Below are positions 11,897-23,809 of a stretch of 64,000 bases of DNA, one piece after another. Each line of letters starts with the position of its first letter. Positions within the stretch are counted from its first letter, which is position 1. The stretch is from Octopus vulgaris (taxonomy: Eukaryota). Below the pieces are notes generated by a model, which was not told the origin of the DNA, made no database searches, and saw only the letters and a list, made by a program, of their open reading frames with translations. A program made the position numbers and the translations under genes. The stretch lies in the NCBI GenBank assembly GCA_951406725.2, contig OX597818.1, positions 108,810,001-108,874,000 on the forward strand, in the 5' to 3' direction.

Positions 11897-13471
11897 TCAG
11901 GTTATCCCATAAGTTCTGTCCGATTTTACCTTTTTTAAATTTGAATGAAATTTAATAGAATTTTAGAATCTCTAATGGAATTAAAATTTATTTTTATGCA
12001 TTTGTATACATTTAAACTAATTAAATATTATTTTATAGAATAATAGGATTAAAATTTCTTTGATTAAAACCCTTTCTAACATGGAAGTATCCAAAGATCA
12101 TTTGAGGCACATAATGCTTTATGAATACAAAAACGAAAACTCTGCAGCTGAAGCAACTCGAAACATACACTCAGTTTATGGGAAAGAATGCTTGAATGAA
12201 AGAACTTGCAGAAGATGGTTTGCAAAATTCAGAAGTGGAGATTTCAGCCTTGAAGATGAAGATCGAACAGGACGTCCAGTTGAGTTTGATGATAAGCTCC
12301 TTGAAGCATTACTTGAAGAAAATCCTGCATTATCTGTTGAAGAATTGGCAATATAGCTTAGTTCAAACCATACAATGGTTCATCGTCATCTTCAAGAACT
12401 TGGAAAGGTTCCCAAACTTGGAAAATGTGTGCCTCATGAATTATCCGAAAGCAACCGCAAATCCCAAGTTGACATCTGCTCTTCTCTCCATTCTCGCAAA
12501 CTCATTTCCCCCTTTTTGGATAGACTAGGGACTGGTAATGAAAAATGGATCTTCTATCGAAATGTTAAACGTCGTAAACAGTGGCTTGGCAAAAGGGAAA
12601 AAGCTCAACCACAACTGAGAAGGTAACTTCATAGGAAAAAGGATCTTCTCTCTATCTGGTGGGATTGCAAAGTAATTCACTTTGAATTGTTACCACCTAA
12701 TGCAACAATCAATGCTCAAGTCTACTGTCAGCAATTAGAGCATTTAAACCAAACTTTGAAGAAAAAAAGACCTGCTTTAGTGAATCGAAAAGGAGTGATG
12801 TTTCATCAGAACAATGTATGACCCCACACTGCAAAGATCACACACAGAAGATCGAAGAGCTTGACGTTCGTTCATCGTTTAACGTCTGCTTTCCACGCTG
12901 GCAGGGGTTGGACGATTTGACTGAAGACTGGTGAACCAGATGACTGCACTAGGCTCTAATCTGATCTGGCAGAGTTTCTACAGTAGGATGCCCTTCCTAA
13001 CGCTAACCACTCCAAGAGTGTAGTGGGTGCTTTTACATGCCACCAGCATGAGGGCCAGTCAGGCAGTACTGGCAACAGCCACGCTGAAATGGTGTTTTTT
13101 TTACGTGCCACCTGCACAGGAGCCAGTCCAGCGGCACTGGCAATGACCTCGCTCGAATGGTTTTTGGTTGGGAAAAAATTCCTCATCCACCTTATTCTCC
13201 CGACCTTGCTCCTTCAGACTACCATTTGTTTCGTAGTTTACAGAATCATTTGAGGGACATAACAATCGCAACCCAGAGGGAGGTCGAAACTGACATTTCA
13301 GAGTTCTTCGGTTTGAAACCAAAAGAGTTTCACATTGATGGGATCAAAAAGCTTGTAAATAGATGGAAGTCATAGATAATCAGGAAAAGTACATTGATGA
13401 TTAAATTTCAATTAAATATAACATTTGATCACTTTATTCAAAATTTGGACAGAACTTATGGGATGACCAGA
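11897..13471 (+). mobile_element. Full-length mariner (DD34D) transposon, inactivated
   Basis: TIRs TCAGGTTATCCCATAAGTTCTGTCC / GGACAGAACTTATGGGATGACCAGA flanked by TA. Transposase from ATG 12081 with HTH, CVPHEL, TGNEKW and YSPDLAPSDY motifs; stops at 12354 and 12624 plus an internal insertion. Confidence 0.95.
12864..13158 (-). mobile_element. RTE-type LINE 3' tail (family C) inserted in the mariner transposase
   Basis: Interrupts the EEL|GWEKIPHPPYSPDL coding segment. Confidence 0.9.
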
Positions 13472-13477
13472 TATATG

Positions 13478-13531
<54 letters not shown>

Positions 13532-13752
13532 TATATATGTATATGTACATGTATATATGTGTGTGTGTGTGTACACATACACACACACACATTGGGCTTC
13601 TTTCAGTTTCTCTGTACCAAATCCATTTGAAAGGCTTTGGTTGGCCCAAGGTTAAGTAGAAGACATTTGCCCACGTTTCCACACAATGGGACTGAACCTG
13701 GAACCATGAAGTTGGGAAGAAAACTTCTTACCACACAGTCACACCTGTGCCT
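13472..13752 (-). mobile_element. SINE family A 5' part with expanded TA/CA microsatellite
   Basis: tRNA-like head at about 13690-13752 on minus strand, adjacent dinucleotide runs. Confidence 0.8.
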
Positions 13753-14408
13753 ATATGGAAACATTTCACATTGAAAAGAGAGTAAAGGAAGTGACCGAAA
13801 TGAAAGCAAAAAGTAATTTCCCATACGCACAGGGAACTTCTACAAAACAAGGAAATTATGGAAGAAGCATTTGGTACTAATGTACCTTTCTCAAGAGTAT
13901 TAGCATCATAAGAAGTTGTTCCAACTGGTTTGTGAAATTGGTTTGCTGATAAGTACCACATGTTTTTTTGTTGTTGTTGTTGTTGTTGTTGTTTTTAAAG
14001 TAATTCCATGTGACAAGTGAATATATGTTCCAGCATATAAGAATACAGGATCAATCATTCGAGACATAGTGACCGGCATTAAATGAACTGGAGATGGAAG
14101 AAAAGGAAGTTGTTTTTTTTAATACAATACAAGTGGGTGTTGAACAGAAACGGCATTAGTGAATTACAACTAACAGTAATAGATTGAAGCATTTATTTAT
14201 TCAGCAATCCAATTATGCAGCATAAGTTGGATCTTATATAAAACTAATGCCCATTTCATCAGTGCTGAAGAATAGAAGAAAGAGAAAAAATAGTTTCATA
14301 TTTAAGATTTAATTAAATTTTCCATATTCTCAATTTTTTTTTTCATTTTCTTTGCTAAATTTTACACAATTATCCTAATACAATTTACATTGCACACACA
14401 ACACATAC

Positions 14409-14409
<1 letters not shown>

Positions 14410-14441
<32 letters not shown>

Positions 14442-14502
14442 TGTATGTATGTATGTATATATATATATATGTATGTATGTATGTACGTGTATGTATGTAT
14501 AT
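14410..14502. repeat. (TATG)n microsatellite
   Basis: Direct inspection. Confidence 0.95.
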
Positions 14503-14727
14503 ATTTATTTATTTATACATGTGTGTAAATAAGCTAAGGAGCTAAGAGAAACAACTCACAGTAGCCAGTTGAATGAATTTAGATGATGAGGAAAGGTGTA
14601 TGGAATACTATACAAGACAAGTTATTGATTAAATGAAACTATTTGCTTCAAAAGAAAGCAAACAAATACCTAATAGCTTTTACAACAACTCCAAATGAAA
14701 TAGGGAGCTCAATGATTCAGCAACAAG

Positions 14728-15095
14728 TGCAAGTGTGGCTGTGTGGTAAGAAGTTTGCTTCCTAACCACAGGTCCTGGGAACAGTCCCACTGTATGACAC
14801 CATGGACAAATGTCTTCTACTGTAGCCCTGGGTCAATCAAAGCTGTGTGAGTGGATTTGGTAAACGGAAGGTGAAAGAAACCTGTCATGTATATATGTGT
14901 GCATGCACACGTGTGTCTGTGTCCTCTGTCACTGCTTGTCAACCGGTGTTATGCTTGGATTAGCAAAAAATGATCAACAGAATAAGCATGAGGCTTAAAA
15001 CAAAACAAAAAAAAAGAAAACGTCTTGGGGTTGAGTCATTTGACTAAAGGCACTGCCCCAGCATGGCCACAGTCTCATGACTGAAACAAATAAAA
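14728..15095 (+). mobile_element. SINE family A
   Basis: TGGCTGTGTGGTAAG head through CTGAAACAAATAAAAG tail. Confidence 0.85.
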
Positions 15096-15799
15096 GAAAA
15101 ACAGAACTCTGCTGAATGAACATGCCATTAAGGGAAATACAGTGTTTCTTTTTCAAACATCAAGAGGACACTGGTGAATACGCATGTTGCTGCCTCAACA
15201 GGCATTGAGTGTCTGTTGGGATTGTGTGGTAGTCGTAAATGAGTGCCACTGTTATACAAGCAGTGACATTCATTTCCAATACTCACTGGAATCTTGTCCA
15301 ACCTTGGGGTAATATTACCTTTCTTGGAAACAGGTGAGGTTTGACAACGGGAAGGGCATCCAGCTGTGGAAAATCTGCCTCAAATAATCGTGGGAAATAG
15401 ACATTAAATGATGGACACACACACACATATGTATGTATGTAGATATAGACACATATGCACACACACACACACACACACACACGTCTTTATATACCTGTTA
15501 CATCCATAAGATATAGGTTATCACAACAAGTCTTTGAGAGAAATAACAAACATAGGAATGGAGTAAACTAGAGCTGAAACTATCCATTTCAGCGGATCAT
15601 GAGGAAAAAAAGACAATAAGTAAGAAAATAAAACGATAAGTATAATAATAGTTATTCTACATCAGTGGTTCCTAACCTGGGTAGTGACCACCCCTTATGA
15701 GTATTATGAATTTACAAGGAAACAGTAGAATATCAAGAAGGTGCTATCGAGGTGCTGAGAGTTTAGAGTAATCAGGATTCTTCTTACTAATAAAATATT

Positions 15800-16012
15800 C
15801 TTTTCTACTCTAGGCACAAGGTCCGAAATTTTTGGGGAAGGAGGCCAGTCAATTAGATTGACCCCAGTATGCAACTGGTACTTAACTTATCGACCCTGAA
15901 AGGATGAAAGGCAAAGTCGACCTCAGCAGAATTTGAACTCAGAATGTAAAGACAGATGAAATACTGCTTAGCATTTTGCCCAACGTGCTAACGTTTCTGC
16001 CAGCTCACCGCT
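15800..16012 (-). mobile_element. SINE family B, tail type 2
   Basis: Perfect 19-bp TSD TTCTTACTAATAAAATATT at 15781-15799 and 16013-16031; probably sits inside a decayed hAT-like MITE starting CAGTGGTTCCTAACC at 15663. Confidence 0.9.
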
Positions 16013-17217
16013 TTCTTACTAATAAAATATTAAAACAGAGAATAACACATATATTCTAAGCACATTTTCAAAATATCTTCGTAATCTTGTGAGCAGAACC
16101 AAGGTCCAAAAACATTTCTTTAAATAAGTCTTCGCTTCCTCTAGCAATTTCTATAAAAATCTAACACAAAGAAAAACTAGCCCATGCAAATAGCTATAAG
16201 TGACACATAGTGGGTGGGATATGAGAAGCACAATAGATAGAAAATACCAAAAGCACTGCACAAAATTAACTTCAGTCTGATTAAAATAGTGTGCAGGAGT
16301 TTTTTTCTTTTTTTCTTTGAGCATGATGTGAGTGGAGCGAAACATGGAGAAGGAGCATTTGTAAAATATTATTCAATGGACAGGAATACTGAGCCATTTA
16401 GAATCACCATTTTATAGCATTAGTTCGGTTCTGTACTGAAACCACCTACTTGTAACAGTAAATCAACAGATAGTGATTAGCTTATAAATCATGGCAGTAG
16501 GGACCAAGTTGTAATGTTTAACAAAACTCACTTGTAATAAAGAACTAAAAACATTGGCTTAAGAGAATGTTGCTTTATTTTATTTAATCTTTGAACAAAA
16601 GAAACAGTCTTGTGACTACAATAATTTAGGAGAGAAAGCATGAAATTGGATTATGGAGGGGGTGGGGGGAAACTGTTAGCACAACACTTGCTAGCAATAC
16701 ACAACCAGTTTTGATAGTCTGCTGTTGCTGCAAAAATGGAATCAATGCAAGAAGATGGAAGAAGTTGTGATAATTAAGAAAATAACTAACTAATCTTGAA
16801 AATTTAATCTCACAAGTTGAAGAAAAAGCAAGAATGAATAAATACTTGACAACAGATTGATTAAGCAAAAACAAGCAAATTTGGCAAGAAAAAAAAAGAG
16901 AAAAGAGGTTGCAATGACACTTCTGTGACACAGAACATAAACCTGAAGCCATTTCAAGTGAATCAAGTCATCAATTAATGCAGTAGTAAATGTGTGGAAT
17001 TAACAAAAATCAATGTAATAACACTTTAGGTATTAAGAGTAAATCAAACAGTGGAGTTTTAATGTAACTTCTTAATTGAGAGAAGAGTCTACATGAATGA
17101 AGATATATTTCCAACCTCCTCTTGCTGTTGAAGTGGCACAAAAGCTGTCGTAGACACAAGAAGGTTTCTGTTTTGATGTGAAGACATCGATATACTTATT
17201 ACAGGAGAGGTGAACTA

Positions 17218-17600
17218 ATACATACACACACACACAAACACACATATATATACACACACACACACACAAACACACATATATATACACACACACACACACA
17301 AACACACATATATATACACACACACACACACAATATATATATATATATATATACATATATATATACACACATATATATATATATATATATATACATATAT
17401 ATATACACACATACATATATATATATATACACACATACATATATATATATACACATACATACATATATACACATACATACATACATATATATACACACAT
17501 ACATATATATATATACACATACATACATATATACACATACATACATACATATATACATACATACATACATACATATATATATATACATACATACATATAT
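17218..17600. repeat. Compound CA/TA/CATA microsatellite (~380 bp)
   Basis: Direct inspection; source of spurious YVC-rich ORFs. Confidence 0.95.
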
Positions 17601-17999
17601 AACAGCTTTAATTGACAATGGGCAGGCAATCTGCTGAACACAGCATTTTCTGGTGAAGGTCATACAATGGAACACTTAGCATAAGTATAAAGTATAATGT
17701 GAGAGATTAATAGATCTAGCTCTTCAATATATATACCAATATGTATATATTTGAATGTTTTTTTTCTTTTTTTGAGAACAAAGTATGAAGGGCTAGAAAT
17801 ATCAAGGATGGATTTGGGAGTGTTACTCATTCAAACAAACTGCAAGGAACTCACATGAAACTATGGAAACTAAAATAGTTGTTTGTAATACAAGCCTTTA
17901 AACAAAGCTGTTCTTCAAATAAACAAATACAGTAAGATGTATTTTAACTCTCGGGTAGTGTTTAGATGATACATACAGACACATATATATATTATTGAC

Positions 18000-18320
18000 A
18001 TCATCATTTCATGTCTAGTATGGGTTGGATGGTTTGAGCAGAGCTGGTAAGGTCAAGAGCCACTCCAGGCTCCATTGTCTCTTTTGGCATGGTTTCTATG
18101 GCTGGATGCACTTCCTAATGCCTACCACTCTACAGAGTGTACTGGGTGCTTTTTATGTGGCACCAGCACCAGTGCTTTTAACGTGGCACTAGCACGAATA
18201 CTTTTTACGTGGCACAAACACTGGTATGAATTCTGCTGTGGTGGTCAGGTCTTCTTGAGTACAGCAATGTGCCAGATATCTTGATCCTTAGTCATCTCCT
18301 TCATTAGACTGTCTCAAATG
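18000..18320 (-). mobile_element. RTE-type LINE 3' tail (family C), diverged
   Basis: CTGGATGCACTTCCTAATGCCTACCACTC core with hairpin units. Confidence 0.75.
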
Positions 18321-18339
18321 TTCAGGATATGTCCTTGAG

Positions 18340-19700
18340 GTTGTGGATAGTTTCTATTACCTAGGTGACCAAACTAGCATTGGTGGAGGGTGTTCTGAAA
18401 GTAGTGTTGCTAGAAAAAGAATGGAACGGAGGAATTTCAGAGAGCTGGTACCCCTGTTGACAACAAAAGGCTTCTATCTCAGAGTGAAAGGCAGATTGCA
18501 TGATGTGTCTGTATGAACAGCTTTGCTCCATGGTAGTGAGCCCTAAATGCAGATGGCAAGTGCAAACTAGAGAGGAGTGAAGCCAGTACACTTTAATGGA
18601 TGTGCAACATCAGTGTGCATGTGTGACAAAGAGCAAATGTATTGAGAGAGTAAAGTTGAGCAGGTGAGGAATCAGATGAAGCATGCAATAAAGGTGGCTG
18701 TAACGGTTTGGACATGTGACGCATATGAATGAAAGCAACTGTATAAAGAAGTGCTGATCACTTGAAGTGGATAGCACCTGTTGAAGAGGGAGAGCAAGGG
18801 TGACCTGGGTTGCAGTAGTGAGGGCCAATCTCAAGATGCTGGGCCTCACATAGGAGCTGACAGTGTCTGGTGATATGAGGTTCTTCAGAAGACCTGCCCA
18901 CCTCAGCAAAACTGAGTTCTGGAAGTGCTGTGTATTCCACCCACCTGTCACAAATACATGTACCCGACACCAATGAACCAAACTAAATCTCCTCTTATCC
19001 ATGCTCTATGCTTATCTCTCTTTCCCCAGTCTTGCAGCCCTATTCTGTTGCCCACTTCCCCACTCCCATAAACCCATGTTTCACTACTCATTCCATTCCC
19101 TCCTCTCTTTCTGCACTTCTATGACCTCCCTTTTCACTCACCCTGGGCAATCCTCATCCATCCTTTATATTCACATCCTTGTGCCTTGAGAGTATGCCCC
19201 TGGCAAATCACCACCATCTCTCTTGTCCTCTCTCTCCCTCCCCACCCTCAACAGGGGTGACTATGTATTTCCTCTGCAACAAGACACCTGCTTCTGCCTG
19301 TCTTTTATACTCTAACCGCTCCTCACCTGGCACAAAGCAACCTCCTTAACTACCCTTGATACTCACAAGGGACCTCTGTCTTGCAAGTTACTTGGTGACC
19401 TCACCAGTTCTGGTGCCATGTAAAAAGTACCCAGTCCACTCTGTATAGTGGCTGGTATTAGGAAGGGCATCCAACCATGAAACCCATGCCAAAGCAAACC
19501 TCGCTAGTGCTGGTGTCATGTAAAAAAAAAACAAAAAAACAATCACCCAGTTCACTCTGTATAGTGGTTGGTGTTAGGAAGGGCATCCAACTGTGAAAAC
19601 CACGCCAAAGTAGGCTGCGGAGCTTCGTGCAACCCTCTGGCTTACCAACTAATGTCAAACCATCGAACCCATGCTAGCATGGCAGACAGATGCTAAATGA
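18340..19700 (+). mobile_element. 5'-truncated RTE-type LINE (decayed RT C-terminus plus long pyrimidine-rich 3' UTR)
   Basis: LGDQ...FRELVPLLTTKGFYLRVKGRL...LLHGSE is homologous to ORF 24556-25131; ends in a family C tail. Confidence 0.8.
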
Positions 19701-20154
19701 TGTGCATATGTGTCTGTGTATGGTTGTATCTCTTTATAAACGTGTATGCCAGTGCAAAACAAAGTGGAGAAAACAGCATTCAAACAGCAAAGCCAAAGTT
19801 GAAAGTAGAGCATTTTATTGAAGCAGTAAAATTTCACAAACTATTATTCCTCACATTTATAGCAGAACTTATTTACTGCCTCCAGTGAGTAATCATGCTA
19901 ATCTACAATCTTTAGTTCATAGCTATTCCGCTTACAAGCCATCTGAGTGCAGCTGATGTACCTAAACCCATCTCTCTTGCTATCTTTTCTCTATTGTTTA
20001 CTTCTATCCGCTGCTGAGGACTCATCTGCTTCTCTGTCCCCACCGGCTCCTTTACCTGTTGCTATAGGCAATCTGTGGCCCATGCTGTGGCTATTTAGTA
20101 TTTTAGTTTTAGCTAATCTGTAGGATTAACATATATATGGCTATGTGATAAGCA

Positions 20155-20345
20155 GTTTGCTTTCCAACCACATGGTTCTGGGTTCAGTCCCACTGCATGG
20201 CACCCTGGGCAAATGTTTTCTAGTATAACTCTGGGCTAATCAAAGCCTTGTGAATGGGATTTGGTAGACAGAAACTTAAAGAAGCTTGTTATATGTATGT
20301 CCGTCCGTCTCTGTCTGTCTGTCTGTCCTTGTCTTGACATTGTGT
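20155..20345 (+). mobile_element. SINE family A-type head, partial
   Basis: GGTTCAGTCCCACTGCATGGCACCCTGGGCAAATG. Confidence 0.75.
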
Positions 20346-20559
20346 CATAGTTGTAAACAAATGTTACTGTCAAACCTGTCTGGCTATATTAATGCCTAGC
20401 ATTAATGTCGGTGTGTTGTGTGCATGGGTAGGGGGGGTGAGCGTGTGCAAACACCCACACCTACATGCATGCACATAAGTATCCAAGGTCGATATAGCAA
20501 TCTTGGCCCTACAATAGATCAAATGCTTTGAGTTTCTAACTCAACATCAGGTTGATATC

Positions 20560-21785
20560 ACACTGCTCTGGAATGGACATGCGATGTGTAGGAATGAGGA
20601 CAGCTGGAAAGAAGTGCAAAGAACTAAATGTGGTGAAGCCTGACCCCAGGATAAAGAGATGATAAAGGGCCAAAATGACTAAGAGATTAAGAGACTAAGA
20701 GATGATAAAGGGCCAAGATGACTAAGAGATTAAGGGACTAAGAGATGATAAAGGGCCAGGATGACTGATACACAGATCTTGAGAAAGTCCACCTAGTTTG
20801 GTGCAACTGAGTTCTGGAAACACTGTGTGTGTATCATCATCAATTAATGTCCATTGTCCATGCTGACATGGGTTGGACAGTTTGATCAGGGGTGGTAAGC
20901 TGAGTGGCTGCACCAGCCCTGGTCAAATCATCCAACCCATGCCAGCATGGACAACAGATGTTAAACAACGATGATGATGATGATAAACAAATGGGCACTT
21001 ACCTAACCTACTCAGATCATCTCCCTCTCCAGTATCATCTCTCTCGTACTGCAGCTCTCCCTTGCTAACTTGTTACTTTTCTTGTAACACAAAACCATCT
21101 CAATTCACAACCATGCTTCAACCATTAATATTGCTCTCTCCATGAACACATTATATTGATCATTTATGTCTACACCACACTGAACCACCAAATTATCTCT
21201 CCTACCCCCCCCCACTCCTGCAGCCAACCCAACGTCATGCCATCTCTCTCTCTCTCTCATCCTCTCCCCATCAACTCTATCATCATTACCATCCTGCTGC
21301 TCTCCTTCGCTCTCTTCTACATGCATCATTGGTCATCTTCCACCCCTTATCCACCCTTCAACCCTACCCTACGGTTGTGGCCTACATCCTCTCCCTTCTC
21401 CAATTCCTTGCTCTCCCATACACTTTTGCAAACTCTGAATCCACACTTTTGGCTCCTCTTCTACTCATTTTGTACATTAAGGGACCACTACTAATCTCAT
21501 CACCACTATTTATGCCTGTGCAGCTCCTGAAAAGAAACGAAAAAACAGACTCTGGCCCCTTCTCTCACACTTTAACTCCTTCTCTCCAAGCATCAAGCCA
21601 ACCTTTACCTTGGTCCATAGCTTTGTCAGCTGCATCGCAACTTCAGCAACGAATGCTAAAAAGTGGCATCCGACAATAGAAACCCTGCCAAAGCAGACAC
21701 TCGAACAAGATGGGTCCACTGGATCCTGTTAAAACTGTCCAACCGATACAAGCATAACACACGGATGTTAAACGCTGCTGATGCA
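20560..21785 (+). mobile_element. Decayed RTE-type LINE 3' end with pyrimidine-rich UTR
   Basis: Remnant of the RT C-terminus (GHAM...RNEDS), AACTGAGTTCTGGAA shared with about 18910, CT-rich UTR and family C-like tail. Confidence 0.6.
20654..20766. repeat. 43-bp tandem repeat, about 2.6 copies
   Basis: AAGAGATGATAAAGGGCCAARATGACTAAGAGATTAAGRGACT starting at 20654, 20697 and 20740. Confidence 0.9.
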
Positions 21786-22630
21786 CAATGTTTATATAAA
21801 TCAACTTTGATAAAAAAAAAAAAACTAGAGAAAAAAACAAAAATGCAAATAAAAAACACCGCTAACAAAATAACAAGAACCATTTATGCCTACTTTACCA
21901 TATAAGGGAAGACCTGTGTTGACTTTTATAGGACTAAATAAATATCCAGCGTGAGAGAGATCAATGAAAGGAAGACATTGAGAATAGATGAGCAAAAAAC
22001 AAAGAGGAAAAGAAAGAGACAAAGAAGGTAAAATAAAGAGATCTGACATGACTTAATTGATGATTAAAATATTTAATCTATAGTTAAAGATATTAATATA
22101 TGATAATCATTAGACAACACTCTTCCTACCTCGCCTTCTGTATTATTTAAATTAAAAACAAAACAATGAAGATACTACTGTTAAAGTAAACTTAACTCAT
22201 TGCTTTTTAATTAGTAAATTAATAATTGTCCAAATTTATATTAATTAAAATCCTATCTGTGAAATACAATATTTATTATTATATCAATTTCTTCTCAGCA
22301 CAATAACCAAGTGAATTTCAAGCAAAATCATCCACTTGTACTGTCAATATGTGTATGTGCATGTGTGTACACACACACACACACACACAGACATCATCAT
22401 CATACTGAATTAGAAAGAAATTCAGTTATTTATCTACATTTTTATGGAGTTTGTATTGTATTATATTTCTTTATAATTATTATATGCTAATTTGAAACAT
22501 TTGGGACATATTTTTGCCGTATAAATTGTTTTAACAAAAAAGAAAAAAACGATTTCTTTACAATTCTTTCTATGTTAATATATTGATCAAAATAAAAGTT
22601 AAGATGAGAGGACTAGTTCTAATGCAACGT

Positions 22631-23033
22631 CCTTTGGCATTCAGATTACTCTGTCAAACAGAATGCTTATTCATTCCCTTGGTTTTAAATTAATCCTGCA
22701 TCATCTTGTAGCTTTGAGATTTTGATCATGTCATCATCAATCATCATCATTGTTTAATGTCCACTTTCCAGGCTGGCATGGGTTGTATGGTTTGACTGAG
22801 GACTGGCAAGCCAGGAGGCTGCACCAGGCTCCAGTCTGATTTGGCAAGGTTTCTGCAGCTGGATGCCCTTCCTAATGCCAACCACTCTGAGAGTGTAGGG
22901 GACTCCAATAGTGTAGTTGCATATTTTGGGAATGACATTATAGGGTAGGTGCGAAAGACAGGATCTGGATGGTTTGAACATAAAACTAGTGGAATATTTA
23001 GGCTGGATATGACTGGTTTAAACGTTAAAAGGT
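22631..23033. mobile_element. piggyBac-type MITE family P1, interrupted by a family C tail (about 22730-22900, minus)
   Basis: Homologous to 43709-44156 and 53115-53811; degenerate CCTTT...AAAGG ends. Confidence 0.7.
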
Positions 23034-23167
23034 TTAAGAAAGTTCTTGATCTACATTTTCAAATTTTGAATGAAAAAGAGCAACACGTGTTTTAAGGCCA
23101 TTTTACCAGCTCGGGCTAGAGGTAGCCTTGTGGGTCCCATAACAATTTTCTTCATTTTGCCCTATCT

Positions 23168-23341
23168 TCTACTTGTTTCAATCATTTGACTGTGGCCATG
23201 CTGGAGCACTGATTTAAAGGGTTCTAGTCGAAGAAATAGACCCCAAGACTTATTCTATTGGTCTCTTTTGCCAAACTGGTGACACAAACAATACCGCTGT
23301 CAAACGGTGGAGTGGGGACAAACACAAAGCTACACACACAG

Positions 23342-23372
<31 letters not shown>

Positions 23373-23566
23373 CACACACACACAAAAATGTATACATATT
23401 TTATGCAACAGGCTTCTTTCAATTTCCATCAACAAAATCCCCTCACAAGGTTTTGGTCAGCCTAGGGCAACAGTAGAAGACACTTGCCCAAGGTGCCACA
23501 CAGTGGGACTGAACACAGAACCATATGTTCGAGAAGCAAGCTTCTTATCACACAGCCACGCCTGCA
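23168..23566 (-). mobile_element. SINE family A
   Basis: Full-length copy with internal (TA)n(CA)n. Confidence 0.88.
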
Positions 23567-23809
23567 CTTATATGCCATGCCTGTGTCTACTTTAGTTTTA
23601 CATTAATTTTACTAAACTTCTATATTTTATTCATAATGACATCATTATTATCATTACTAATAACCAAAGCTGATTTACATTTTCTCAGCAAATCCTTGTT
23701 CATAAAATCATAAAATAAATCTGAATCATTCAAGGTATTAACAAAATCAGTGGAGATAATATCAGACATAAAGATTGTGAAATCTTTCTAAACTATCAGC
23801 TGAACCATT

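Noticed and set aside
17072-17675. Long ORFs rich in Y/V/C/I/M (also 2851-3151, 13394-13682, 36110-36371)
   Set aside because: They are translations of dinucleotide and tetranucleotide microsatellites that simply lack stop codons.
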